A stretch of DNA of 64,000 nt from Candidatus Pacearchaeota archaeon (GCA_019659125.1 JAIFVX010000001.1:340135-404134); one strand, 5' to 3'. Shown: positions 39,880 to 49,056, numbered from the stretch's first letter. Notes: generated by a model from the letters alone, not told the origin. Program-made: numbers and translations.

Positions 39880-40236
39880 TTAAAATTCATCCTTGAGAGA
39901 GTCAAGCAACCCTCTTTTCCTAAGCTGATGCGCTGCTCCCGGATTATAGTGGAAAACAACATCTGCTTTTGAATCATCATACGTCCATGATTTGACAAGG
40001 ACAACATCCTTGGGTCTTAACCACATGCTTCTCTTGAATCTTCCAGGCACCCTGCAATTCCTGACTTTGCCATCAACACAACGTACTTCCATGCGGTTTC
40101 CTCCAAGCCTTTGCACGATCACTCCTAAAATTTCTCCATCGCGTGGCTTTCGTATTCGGATAGGCGCCTCTCCTTCCTGCGCTGGCTGCTGCTCTCCCTC
40201 GACAACTTCCTCAAAATCACCATATTCTTCTTCCAT
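39880..40236 (-). CDS. eif1a: Translation initiation factor aIF-1A (start revised from 40377)
   Basis: LGGNRMEVRCVDG..RNCRVPGR..R.MW; ATG at 40236 follows a TATA-like box. Confidence 0.92.
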   Translation of the reverse strand: MEEEYGDFEEVVEGEQQPAQEGEAPIRIRKPRDGEILGVIVQRLGGNRMEVRCVDGKVRNCRVPGRFKRSMWLRPKDVVLVKSWTYDDSKADVVFHYNPGAAHQLRKRGLLDSLKDEF

Positions 40237-40270
40237 AAATGAGACTAAAAAAGAGAGTTTATTAACCTTG

Positions 40271-40612
40271 TTACTGCCAGCCGCCAAGAGCCCTATAACA
40301 GATGTCCATTCGTCCAGCGACTTCGTCAAATCGGGGCTTGCCAACGACGATGCATGAAGAAAAAATAGAGCCTGCACTGGTCGTAGAACCAGTCACAAGA
40401 TTTGTTTCAGGGTTATAGGTAAAGCTTTCACGCCCATTTCCGAGACATATATGCGTAGAATCAAAAACTCGTGTGCATGCATGGTTAGAAAGAGAAGAAG
40501 AATGCTCATGAGGAAATATGATTGCTGCAGCTCCATCATACCCTTTTTTCATAAGGATAGAGGTAAGAGCGATTATAAAAATATTGCGATAAGTCTTAAA
40601 AAGACCCTTCAC
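40271..40612 (-). CDS. Hypothetical protein with N-terminal hydrophobic segment
   Basis: 113-aa ORF filling the gap. Confidence 0.4.
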   Translation of the reverse strand: MKGLFKTYRNIFIIALTSILMKKGYDGAAAIIFPHEHSSSLSNHACTRVFDSTHICLGNGRESFTYNPETNLVTGSTTSAGSIFSSCIVVGKPRFDEVAGRMDICYRALGGWQ

Positions 40613-40623
40613 CTCTAAAACCC

Positions 40624-41136
40624 ATGATTACAGCACATTTTTCGGGAGAAAAAATAAGCTCTCCATCGTCAGAAGCATTCTCGCTCTATGAAAAATCACG
40701 GTTTGGAGAGAAGAAAGATGGAAAAATAGAGTACTCATTAGCGGAAGCGCTTTTCCTTGTTGCAGAAAAGAAGATGAAGGTCATTGCAAACACCAAAGAG
40801 GTTGATTCTCATACATTAATGAAAAAAGCCAAAAAACACGATAAGAGGATAGAAACAAAGCTTGCCTCATTCTCAGATCTGAGAAAGAAAGGATACATAG
40901 TGAAATCAGCCCTTAAGTTCGGGGCAGATTTTCGTGTCTATGATCGGGGGATAAAACCATCTGAAGATCATGCAAAATGGATACTCTATGCAGTCAGGGA
41001 GCATGATTCTCTCTCATGGGGCGAGTTCGCCGCCAAGAATAGGATTGCTCATTCAACCAGGAAGAATCTTCTTCTAGCTATTGTGGATGAAGAGGGAGAT
41101 GTCTCATACTATGAGGTCTCCTGGACAAAGCCTTAA
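40624..41136 (+). CDS. endA: tRNA splicing endonuclease (alpha4-type size)
   Basis: LRKKGYIVKSALKFGADFRVY, H in EDHAK, HSTRK. Confidence 0.92.
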   Translation: MITAHFSGEKISSPSSEAFSLYEKSRFGEKKDGKIEYSLAEALFLVAEKKMKVIANTKEVDSHTLMKKAKKHDKRIETKLASFSDLRKKGYIVKSALKFGADFRVYDRGIKPSEDHAKWILYAVREHDSLSWGEFAAKNRIAHSTRKNLLLAIVDEEGDVSYYEVSWTKP

Positions 41137-41432
41137 GCAGGACATTCTCCTTGGGTCCAATAGGCTACTCGAGTATCGAGGCATGAAAAGCATTGGTTGC
41201 TAAAGGTTTGAGCACAGGGATATTTGATACACTGAATCTGCTGGGGGTCATACCACCCACACACGGGAGCATAATCCTGGGTGCAAAAATCATTTTCTCT
41301 GCTCTCAAGAGAGCAATAGTGCTTAGAAGTATCCCCTGGTTGCTCCTTTCCAATTCCTTTAAAGACGAAAACAAGGGTGATGGCCGCAACCAGTACCAGC
41401 ACTAAAATAACCAGAGAAACCTTTCTATCCAT
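41133..41432 (-). CDS. Membrane-anchored Kazal-like cysteine-rich protein
   Basis: TM, then CTQDYAPVCG...TFSNQC..C. Confidence 0.65.
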   Translation of the reverse strand: MDRKVSLVILVLVLVAAITLVFVFKGIGKEQPGDTSKHYCSLESRENDFCTQDYAPVCGWYDPQQIQCIKYPCAQTFSNQCFSCLDTRVAYWTQGECPA

Positions 41433-41506
41433 GAAATCAAAAAGCAGGTAAAATATATAAGTTTATCGTCAATCATAATAAGGTTTATAACATCCATACT
41501 CTGTTC

Positions 41507-42412
41507 ATGGGAATGCAGGAAAATGCCTCACAAATAAAAGAGAAGATCCTATCCATGATTCATCTTAAAGGGCCAAGCCTTCCCACACACCTGTCTAGAG
41601 GGGTAAATATGAGTCCCCTTTTTGTTTCTGCGTTCCTTTCGGAGCTCTATTCGGAAGGAAAAATAAGGATAAGTGAAATGAAGGTAGGCAGTTCACCCCT
41701 CTATATCCTTCCAGGGCAGGAAGAGCAATTAGAGAACTTTATTGAGCATCTCAATCAAAAAGAGAAAGAAGCCTTCCAGCTTCTTAAAAGAAATAAGCTG
41801 CTCGAAGACGACCGGCAGACTCCAGTCATCCGAGTTGCCCTACGAGCGCTAAAAGACTTTGCAATTCCCTTGAAAGTCAAGTCTAACAGCGAGCTTAAGC
41901 TCTTTTGGAAATATCATCTTGTGCCTGATGCAGACATCCCGCGACTTCTTCAACCTCAGGTTCCTCAAATGACTCCCCCTACATTAGTGCCAGAACAACC
42001 ACTAAAACAGGAAAAGGAAGAGATAAAACAAGAGGTAGGAGAAAAGGAGATAAAGAAGGAAGAAACACCAAGGAAAATAGCAAAGAAAAAGAAAGAGGAA
42101 TTTGAATTCCCTGAAAAAGTGAAAGGATATCTCTCTTCAAAAGAAATTGAGATTCTCGAGATTGTTCTTGAGAAGAAAAAAGAGTTCATGGCGAAAGTCA
42201 GGACGGACACCATCTTCGGAAAGCAGGAATACTTTCTTACCGCCAAGGACAAGAAAAAGCTTAACGAGACTGATTTGACTCTGGCATATCAAAAAGCCCA
42301 TGGAGAGAAGATGCCTGCCCTTATCCTCGCCCCAGGTGAAATCGACAAGAAAGCCCTTGAGCACGCAAAGACCTGGAGAAATCTTATTAAGTTCGAGAAG
42401 GCTAAGCTTTAA
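41507..42412 (+). CDS. Conserved hypothetical protein (N-terminal wHTH-like)
   Basis: GPSLP...VSAFLSEL...KVGSSPLY; co-oriented with rps17e. Confidence 0.7.
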   Translation: MGMQENASQIKEKILSMIHLKGPSLPTHLSRGVNMSPLFVSAFLSELYSEGKIRISEMKVGSSPLYILPGQEEQLENFIEHLNQKEKEAFQLLKRNKLLEDDRQTPVIRVALRALKDFAIPLKVKSNSELKLFWKYHLVPDADIPRLLQPQVPQMTPPTLVPEQPLKQEKEEIKQEVGEKEIKKEETPRKIAKKKKEEFEFPEKVKGYLSSKEIEILEIVLEKKKEFMAKVRTDTIFGKQEYFLTAKDKKKLNETDLTLAYQKAHGEKMPALILAPGEIDKKALEHAKTWRNLIKFEKAKL

Positions 42413-42437
42413 ATAACCTCCAAACTGGAATGAAAGT

Positions 42438-42662
42438 ATGGGAAGAATAAAACTACTGATGGTAAAGAAAGCAGCAAGGCAGCTCTTGCAAGGTGAGCAC
42501 ACATTCAACACTGAGTTCAACCATAACAAGAAACTGTTGAGAAACACTATGCCTAGCAAGCCTATTCAGAACAAAGTAGCAGGATATATTTCCCGATTAA
42601 TGAGAGCAAAGACAAAAGTCCCAAAACCTAAGAAAGTCATTGAGTCTACACTTTCTTCATAA
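42438..42662 (+). CDS. rps17e: 30S ribosomal protein S17e
   Basis: MGRIK...F..NK....SK.IQNKVAGYI. Confidence 0.92.
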   Translation: MGRIKLLMVKKAARQLLQGEHTFNTEFNHNKKLLRNTMPSKPIQNKVAGYISRLMRAKTKVPKPKKVIESTLSS

Positions 42663-42855
42663 TTTTATCAATCTTTGATTCAATCCTCTTCATGTCTTCC
42701 TTAATTCTATAGACCTCTTGCATCCTTTTTCGGTTATAAAAGAACGCAATGACATCAAATATGAATGCAGCGACAATGGCGATCCCCAGCGCCTGCAGCC
42801 ACAATCCCACCCGACCGACATCGCTAATAAGTGTTGTAAGAATGTCTTCAGCCAT
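42646..42855 (-). CDS. Small single-TM protein with coiled-coil tail
   Basis: TM followed by IKEDMKRIESKIDKI. Confidence 0.6.
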   Translation of the reverse strand: MAEDILTTLISDVGRVGLWLQALGIAIVAAFIFDVIAFFYNRKRMQEVYRIKEDMKRIESKIDKIMKKV

Positions 42856-42923
42856 GATTCATAAAAGAAATCAAAGATTATAAAGATTGTTAAAACAACA
42901 GCCTTAAAAACCATGCAAAATTC

Positions 42924-43673
42924 CTAGCTTTGGCTTAGTAGCTCAGTGGTAGTAGCGCCGCTCTCATAAGGCGGAGGTCGCGAGTTCGATTCTCGTCTAA
43001 GCCATCCTTTTTGAAATCTATCAAAACGCATTTGGTGTTTTGGGTTAGCAAATCCAATAATAGTGGAGAATAAAGCAAGATTTAACTTTCCATTCGAACT
43101 AATAACATATTGCTGCTTTTTCCTCTGAAAAGCAAGAGGATGTTCCTTAATACGTTTTGCCATATAAAAAGAACTTTTGACGCCTTGGCTATTAAGATAT
43201 GAAGAAATATTGCTCAAAGCAGAAGGAAGCGAGGCAGTGAAAAAAAGGCGAGGATAAAAGGTACCGTTATTATTAACAATGGTTAAACTTCCATCAGTAG
43301 CAAAAAGACCTGCAATAACGAACCGTAAAAGATTTTCTTTGAAAATTAAAGGAATGATTATATCTTGCTTCTTACCGACTGTAAATCCTAAAGACGCAAA
43401 TTCATCAAATAAAGGTTTATGATAGAGAAAGACTTCAAGAGACCCTCTATCTTTTCTCTCCTTAATTTTTACAGATTTACCGCTTAAAAAATAAATAAGA
43501 GGAATAAGAATTTCTTCATAGAAAGGTTTGTCATCATAATAACTTCCTGTTACAACGATTGCATGATATTCCTTTCCTTCTTTAGAAAAATAATGAGACA
43601 AACAGCCGTCACCTAGAAGTATGCCAAAAAGGAGAGCTTTTCTTTCTGATTTGGATAATGAATTTATCTTCAT
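42924..43673 (-). CDS. Free-standing double-motif LAGLIDADG homing endonuclease
   Basis: LLFGILLGDGCL and FVIAGLFATDGSL motifs; AT-rich; last 27 codons are the antisense of the tRNA and its immediate flank. Confidence 0.85.
   Translation of the reverse strand: MKINSLSKSERKALLFGILLGDGCLSHYFSKEGKEYHAIVVTGSYYDDKPFYEEILIPLIYFLSGKSVKIKERKDRGSLEVFLYHKPLFDEFASLGFTVGKKQDIIIPLIFKENLLRFVIAGLFATDGSLTIVNNNGTFYPRLFFTASLPSALSNISSYLNSQGVKSSFYMAKRIKEHPLAFQRKKQQYVISSNGKLNLALFSTIIGFANPKHQMRFDRFQKGWLRRESNSRPPPYESGATTTELLSQS
42932..43004 (+). tRNA. tRNA-CAT (elongator Met or Ile2)
   Basis: GGCTTAG/CTAAGCC acceptor, CCGCT-CTCATAA-GGCGG anticodon arm, TTCGATT T-loop; no initiator GGG/CCC stem; no intron. Confidence 0.92.
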
Positions 43674-43780
43674 AAATAATATGAGTAAAAATTGTATTTA
43701 TAGGTAAGCTATCCCTTCAGAAGGTCAACACAAAAACCCCTATCCATACATTTATTAACAATCCTCAATAAAAAGGAAAA

Positions 43781-43960
43781 ATGGAAAAGAGGTATTCTGC
43801 AGTGCAGTTTATTCTTGCAGGACTTGATATCAGCCTTGCCCTGCTGATTATTCTTGGCTCTGAAAAATTGATTGCGACCGCCTTTGGAAAGGCATCTCTC
43901 ACCTTCGGTCTCGTGATGCTGGGCATTGTCACTGTTCTTCGTGTATTGCAAAGATGGTAA
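43781..43960 (+). CDS. Small two-TM membrane protein (59 aa; not in ORF track)
   Basis: MEKRYSAVQFILAGLDISLALLIILGSEKLIATAFGKASLTFGLVMLGIVTVLRVLQRW. Confidence 0.65.
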   Translation: MEKRYSAVQFILAGLDISLALLIILGSEKLIATAFGKASLTFGLVMLGIVTVLRVLQRW

Positions 43961-44446
43961 TTAGCGATTTCGCCACACCATGTGCTGCCCAGTTTTCAAA
44001 AAAGTGTCTAGCATGACGAGTTCATCATACATTCCCTCCATAAAATCATAGTTCTTTGCTTCCTCAAGAGTAACCCATTTATATTCGGTAAGATCCTTGC
44101 ACAAAGTTACATGGGTAGAAAGAGGATAGGCATACAGGCTAACAATCAAGCAAGGAAGTCCATCAGGCCGTATGTATACCATGCTGCAAACATATCCTAT
44201 CTTGTCAATAGAGATACCAACTTCCTCCTTCACCTCTCTATGGAGGACCTTTTCAAGAACATTATACCAATGATCTGATGTATCTTTAGGTAATGAAGAG
44301 TAATCTTTCGTTTCAAGCTTGCCTCCAGGCACAGTCCATTTTCCTGGAAATGCCTTTTCCCAAGGGGCTCGCTTCACGATAAGATATTTCCCCTCATGAA
44401 CTAAAATGCCTGTAACTACAATGTAATGTGCCTTAGCAACATCCAT
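43961..44446 (-). CDS. NUDIX hydrolase (start revised to ATG at 44446)
   Basis: PGKWTVPGG...REVKEEVGI Nudix box with an insertion. Confidence 0.85.
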   Translation of the reverse strand: MDVAKAHYIVVTGILVHEGKYLIVKRAPWEKAFPGKWTVPGGKLETKDYSSLPKDTSDHWYNVLEKVLHREVKEEVGISIDKIGYVCSMVYIRPDGLPCLIVSLYAYPLSTHVTLCKDLTEYKWVTLEEAKNYDFMEGMYDELVMLDTFLKTGQHMVWRNR

Positions 44447-44491
44447 GTTCTTCAACACTAATATTTATATTTAAACTATTGCTCAAAAAAA

Positions 44492-45094
44492 TTGACTATG
44501 AAGGACAAAATACTTGAGCTTTTTACACGTCATGAAACGTTGAAATTCAATCAGCTTGGGAAGGCTCTCAATAGTCGTTCGAATAAGATTGCATACCACC
44601 TTAAGCATCTTGTAAAACAAGGGGTTCTTGATAAGAAAGATGATAACTATATGCTTGCAGAGCCTGCCGAGCAGCTCATTCCTTACATCTCTGAAAAGAA
44701 GCCAGTCATTCCAGTTGTTTTACTTCATATCAAGAAGGATAACAAGGTCTTTCTTTACAAGAGGAAAAAGAGGCCTTTCCTTGGTCTCTTCAGTCTTCCT
44801 GGGGGAAGACTTGTCCTTGGGGAATCAATCGAAGAAGCTGCAAAGAGAATCATGAAAACAAAGCATAATACTAACATCATTCCGCAGGAAATACTTTCAG
44901 TTTCCCTTGAGCATGTAATGAAAAATGGAAAGATAATGCATTCATTCCTGCTTATCCTTATATCTGCAAAGGCACTTTCCCCTCTCGAATTCATTGACAT
45001 CAAGGATAAGAAGAGTATCATCCCGAGCGATTATCTGCTCATGAACAAAGTCCATGAAAAAACCTCTATCCATACATTAACATCCTACATCTAG
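44492..45094 (+). CDS. wHTH - degenerate NUDIX fusion (candidate nucleotide-sensing regulator)
   Basis: SNKIAYHLKHLVKQG wHTH; LPGGRLVLGESIEEAAKRIMKTK lacks the REuxEE glutamates. Confidence 0.75.
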   Translation: MTMKDKILELFTRHETLKFNQLGKALNSRSNKIAYHLKHLVKQGVLDKKDDNYMLAEPAEQLIPYISEKKPVIPVVLLHIKKDNKVFLYKRKKRPFLGLFSLPGGRLVLGESIEEAAKRIMKTKHNTNIIPQEILSVSLEHVMKNGKIMHSFLLILISAKALSPLEFIDIKDKKSIIPSDYLLMNKVHEKTSIHTLTSYI

Positions 45095-45438
45095 CTAATC
45101 ATCTTCAAACCATCACCCTCTTTTCTAGGGATGACATGAATATGAGCATGCTTAACAACCTGTCCTGCAGGCTCAAGATTGTTCATGATAATATTAAAGC
45201 CATCGCCGAGTTTTGCATCCAAAAGAGATGAAACAACTTCTTTAGTAAACGATAAAAGCTCCTCTCCAAGCTTGTGAGGCATGTCAAGCAGAGTTACAAA
45301 ATGTTTTTTAGGGATAATGAGTGTATGTCCTTCAGCTTTCGGGTGTGCGTCACGGATGGCAATGAATTGATTGCTTTCGTTCACGAACTCGGCCTTGATC
45401 TTTCTCTGGGCAATAGTGCAGAATATGCAGTCCTTCAT
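45091..45438 (-). CDS. HIT family nucleotide hydrolase
   Basis: DCIFC, GHTLIIPKKH, HAHIHVIPR. Confidence 0.92.
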   Translation of the reverse strand: MKDCIFCTIAQRKIKAEFVNESNQFIAIRDAHPKAEGHTLIIPKKHFVTLLDMPHKLGEELLSFTKEVVSSLLDAKLGDGFNIIMNNLEPAGQVVKHAHIHVIPRKEGDGLKMIS

Positions 45439-45439
45439 C

Positions 45440-46246
45440 CTAGGAAGAAAACACGCTTCTATAAAAGCCTTGCTTCAACACTTGTCTGTTGACTTCCTCT
45501 CGATTCATACCAGAAAATAGCTGTCTCCACCATGATCTCGGCTCTTCACTATTTGTAAGAGCTGCGCTTAACTTGTTTATCTCCTTTCCAAAAGTAGATT
45601 TTTTATTATAGATCGAGGCAGGCATTCTCATGAACAACGCTTTCAATACTGATGGATCATCGGGAATCCGTGCGACAACAGGAAGTTCCAAGACGTCTTC
45701 AATTTCGTTGATCGTGATTTCATAGTCAGGATTTCTAATTTTATTGATGATGATGCCGTCAATTGACTTTCCTCGTTGGGAAGCGAGCCTTGCAGCCCGA
45801 AGCGAGCAACTAAGAGTAGGGTAATCAGGAGTGGTGACAACAAAGAGATGATCTGATGCGAGCATAGCGGACAGTGTCTCATCGTTCAATGCAGGGGATG
45901 AATCAATGACGATAAAGTCATAGTTTTTCTTGATAGAATCGATCCTATCTTTTAATTTCAAAGGCTGTATGCTCTTGGAAAACAAATAGCTTCCAGGTAC
46001 AACATCTACGCCATATCGAGTGTGTATAGCGCTGAGAAGCCGTGCCTTCCCCGAGAGGACATCGTGAATAGTTTTCACGGGAGTAACAATATCCATATGC
46101 AATCCTACGTTAGGAGCAGAATAATTTGCATCTACCAAAAGAACTTTCTTACCATAATGGTTCACTAGATCAGAAGCAAGTGAAGAGGAAATCGTCGTCT
46201 TCCCCACCCCTCCTTTTATCGCTACGATGCCTATCGTCTTCGTCAT
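45440..46246 (-). CDS. minD: MinD/ParA family ATPase
   Basis: KGGVGKTT deviant Walker A, VDAN, IDSSP, VTTPD. Confidence 0.85.
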   Translation of the reverse strand: MTKTIGIVAIKGGVGKTTISSSLASDLVNHYGKKVLLVDANYSAPNVGLHMDIVTPVKTIHDVLSGKARLLSAIHTRYGVDVVPGSYLFSKSIQPLKLKDRIDSIKKNYDFIVIDSSPALNDETLSAMLASDHLFVVTTPDYPTLSCSLRAARLASQRGKSIDGIIINKIRNPDYEITINEIEDVLELPVVARIPDDPSVLKALFMRMPASIYNKKSTFGKEINKLSAALTNSEEPRSWWRQLFSGMNREEVNRQVLKQGFYRSVFSS

Positions 46247-46298
46247 ACAAAAAGAAAGGAATGCTGCTTTAAAAGAGTTTCTAGCCCAACAATATAAG

Positions 46299-46571
46299 CT
46301 ATGGGAAAAAGCGTAGAGTTTTAATGAGTATGAAAGCTATAGCAAGCACACAGATAATGAGTGAAATAATTGGCTTCCACTTTTTATCTGATCCTATAAC
46401 AAGAGCGCTTATACTAAGTACAAATGCAACAAGAGAAACTATAAGAGCAAAATAAAAAATCCACTCAAAGTTTGTAGATGCAAATAATAACTTATATAGT
46501 GGAATTAAGATATATAAAAGAAAACTAACAATGCTCAATATTAAAGCCCAGTTCTCCAGCTTTCTTCCCAT
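46299..46571 (-). CDS. Small AT-rich three-TM protein downstream of tRNA-Ala
   Basis: 90 aa hydrophobic; TTTATAAG upstream. Confidence 0.55.
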   Translation of the reverse strand: MGRKLENWALILSIVSFLLYILIPLYKLLFASTNFEWIFYFALIVSLVAFVLSISALVIGSDKKWKPIISLIICVLAIAFILIKTLRFFP

Positions 46572-46609
46572 ATTATATTATTAACAATACGACTTATAAA
46601 TGTTTAGAA

Positions 46610-46680
46610 TGGACCCACCGAGAATTGAACTCGGACTTCATCCATGCCATGGATGCATCATGCCGTTAGAACATGGGCCC
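46610..46680 (-). tRNA. tRNA-Ala(GGC)
   Basis: GGGCCCA/TGGGTCC acceptor with G3:U70 and A73; CATCC-ATGGCAT-GGATG arm with the A32-U38 pair known from Ala(GGC) tRNAs. Confidence 0.92.
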
Positions 46681-46726
46681 TGCAAGAAATGACAAAGGCA
46701 CTTTTATAAATCTATTCAAGAAAGAA

Positions 46727-47005
46727 TTATCGTCTTCGTTGTCTTAGAGTCTCTGCTGGTGCTTCAGCAAGTCCGTGAGGATTATACATCCTAATGACAA
46801 GGAAATAAACAAGTGAGCCAACCCACCATCCGAGGACGATTACAATAAGCCATATAATTTTCTCAGGAGTGTTTCTGAATCGCCTCTGGGCACAGTCTAC
46901 AATCATCCATATCCAAAATACAATAATGAGGGCCCATATAAGGAATGCTATAATGCCAAGCCCTGCAAGAAAAGGCAGCGCCCACAAGTCTCGTAACATC
47001 ATCAT
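46727..47005 (-). CDS. PLDc_N-like small membrane protein
   Basis: FWIWMIVDC...KIIWLIVIVL...GSLVYF. Confidence 0.75.
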   Translation of the reverse strand: MMMLRDLWALPFLAGLGIIAFLIWALIIVFWIWMIVDCAQRRFRNTPEKIIWLIVIVLGWWVGSLVYFLVIRMYNPHGLAEAPAETLRQRRR

Positions 47006-47034
47006 ATCTTCATAAAAACGATTGACTATTTAAA

Positions 47035-47538
47035 TCATGCTCTGTGAGCACTACCTGAGTATCTGCCTTTACATGTATCATAGTCAAGCAAGTTCTCCTT
47101 GGAAGGGAACTGCACAAGCTTGAAACTTTTAGAGCAGTAAGCACCGGTGCTCGTATCCCTATAGGAGATGAAAAGTTCCTCCGAGTTAAGGTGTCCAACC
47201 TCTTCTCCATTTCTCCACAATACTCCCTCGCTATCAAGTGTCAAGGCATCATCAGTCAACGTCTCGGTTTTTCCATTACAAGTATACACTCTATCAGATA
47301 CAGACAGTGTATCTCCAGCGATTTTCACGGAAAACGATGAAGTGCATCCACTTCCATCCAGCGCTGTTGTTGTTGCCTCAAATAATCCGACGAAGGGCCC
47401 GGACATCGTGGGACTGCCCATGGATATACCATCTTCCTCGATAGTAAGGTGAGTAATCATTTGACGAGGTCTAAAATATTCACCAAAAGCCACTGCAAGA
47501 ACAATGAGTACTACAAGGATCACTGTCCCTTTATTCAT
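47035..47538 (-). CDS. Membrane-anchored secreted hypothetical protein
   Basis: N-terminal TM, beta-rich body, four Cys; coupled to glyS. Confidence 0.55.
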   Translation of the reverse strand: MNKGTVILVVLIVLAVAFGEYFRPRQMITHLTIEEDGISMGSPTMSGPFVGLFEATTTALDGSGCTSSFSVKIAGDTLSVSDRVYTCNGKTETLTDDALTLDSEGVLWRNGEEVGHLNSEELFISYRDTSTGAYCSKSFKLVQFPSKENLLDYDTCKGRYSGSAHRA

Positions 47539-48995
47539 ACAGGTTTTCCTGCTTCCTCAAACTCAAGCTCGTCACGAATAAGTTTTCTTAGGATTTCTTT
47601 GACGGTAGTTGCTTTGACTCTGATCTGCTTGGTAGTATCCCTTTCACGAATCGTGACGCTTTTATCTTTCAAGCTCTCCTCATCAATAGTGATGCAATAA
47701 GGAGTTCCCATTTCATCATTGCGAGCATATCGTCTTCCAATGCTTCCCGACTTGTCGAACAGAACAGGAAAAGAATCAAGCAAATCCCTATACACTTCAC
47801 GAGACATTTCCAGCACGGCTCCCTTGGAAATGAGAGGGAACACACCTGCCTTGTAAGGAGCGATTCTCGGACTTAGATGGAGAACAACATTCTCCCTCTT
47901 TTTATCATATTCGTATGCTTCAAACATAAAAACAAGAAATGCCCGTTCAACTCCAAGAGAAGGCTCACATACCACATGCGGTAAAACTTTTCCTACTTCA
48001 AGATCATTAATTTCCATGCTTTTCTTGGAATGAGTTTCATGCTGTTTCAGGTCGAAATCGCCTCGGTCAGCGAACCCTTGTAGTTCCCTCCATCCCATTG
48101 GAAACTCATATTCCAAATCCCATGTATCGGATGCATAATGGCTTTTCTCTTCTTTGGAATGTTGCCGCGCTCTGAATTTCTCAGGTCGTGCTCCAAGAAG
48201 TACAAACCAGCTTAATTCTAAGGCTAACCAATAAGCATGCCAGTCAGTCTTGATGATTCCTTGTTTCAAGGCATCTTTAATTTTCATTTCTTTTGGTTTC
48301 TTTCCAGTCTTTTGCATTTCCTCGCTGAAGACAGAGATAGTGTTGTCTCCAAGTTCATCGATATAGGGACATTTCATTCCTTTTTTGATGAAATACTCAA
48401 TCTCCATCTGTTCAAACTCTCTGCATCGAAAGATAAATTCACGAGGAGATATCTCATTTCGAAATGCCTTTCCCATCTGGGCTATTCCAAAAGGTAGTTT
48501 CAACCGTGAGACTTCCTGGACAGCCTTAAAATTGGTAAAGATAAGTTGTGCTGTTTCAGGTCGAAGATAAGCTTTTACCGCATCATCTTGAATAGGCCCT
48601 ACATTCGTTGTGAACATCGGATTGAATTCTCCCCTGCTTTCAAGTTCTCCCCCACATTTCTCGCATCGTGCTTTCCCAAGTTCATGCTTGTCAATCTTCA
48701 TCTTATGCTTACATTTCTTGCACACAACGGCAATATCAACAAAATTAGCAACATGCCCTGAAGCTTCCCACACTTTGGGATTAGTAATGATGGCACCATC
48801 AATACCCACCATATCCTCGCGCTGATGGACATGGAATTTCCACCAAGCTTTCTTGATGTTGTTCTTCATTTCAGCGCCGAGAGGTCCAAAGTCCCAAAAT
48901 CCTGCAAGGCTTCCATAGATCTCTCCTGAGGGATACACAAATCCTTTACGTTTGCAGAATGCAGCAAGTTCATCAATCGTCAGTTTCTCGCTCAT
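47535..48995 (-). CDS. glyS: Glycyl-tRNA synthetase, homodimeric short type
   Basis: EIYGSLAGFWDFGPLG, YLRPETAQ, FRNEISPR, EFEQMEIE, EPSLGVER, anticodon domain SIGRRYARNDEMGTPY. Confidence 0.95.
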   Translation of the reverse strand: MSEKLTIDELAAFCKRKGFVYPSGEIYGSLAGFWDFGPLGAEMKNNIKKAWWKFHVHQREDMVGIDGAIITNPKVWEASGHVANFVDIAVVCKKCKHKMKIDKHELGKARCEKCGGELESRGEFNPMFTTNVGPIQDDAVKAYLRPETAQLIFTNFKAVQEVSRLKLPFGIAQMGKAFRNEISPREFIFRCREFEQMEIEYFIKKGMKCPYIDELGDNTISVFSEEMQKTGKKPKEMKIKDALKQGIIKTDWHAYWLALELSWFVLLGARPEKFRARQHSKEEKSHYASDTWDLEYEFPMGWRELQGFADRGDFDLKQHETHSKKSMEINDLEVGKVLPHVVCEPSLGVERAFLVFMFEAYEYDKKRENVVLHLSPRIAPYKAGVFPLISKGAVLEMSREVYRDLLDSFPVLFDKSGSIGRRYARNDEMGTPYCITIDEESLKDKSVTIRERDTTKQIRVKATTVKEILRKLIRDELEFEEAGKPV

Positions 48996-49056
48996 GCATC
49001 TACATCAGAAATCCTATATTTAAATGTTAATGAAAAAAGAAAAAAAGATGGAGTTT

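Noticed and set aside
40237-40377. N-terminal extension of aIF-1A
   Set aside because: Overlaps the upstream gene and promoter; family similarity begins after ATG at 40236
42924-43673. Endonuclease-encoding tRNA intron
   Set aside because: The tRNA is complete in one piece; the ORF is on the opposite strand and mostly outside it; no bulge-helix-bulge seen
43709-43951. 80-aa minus-strand ORF from the track
   Set aside because: No motif; it is the antisense of a more plausible 59-aa two-TM gene at 43781-43960
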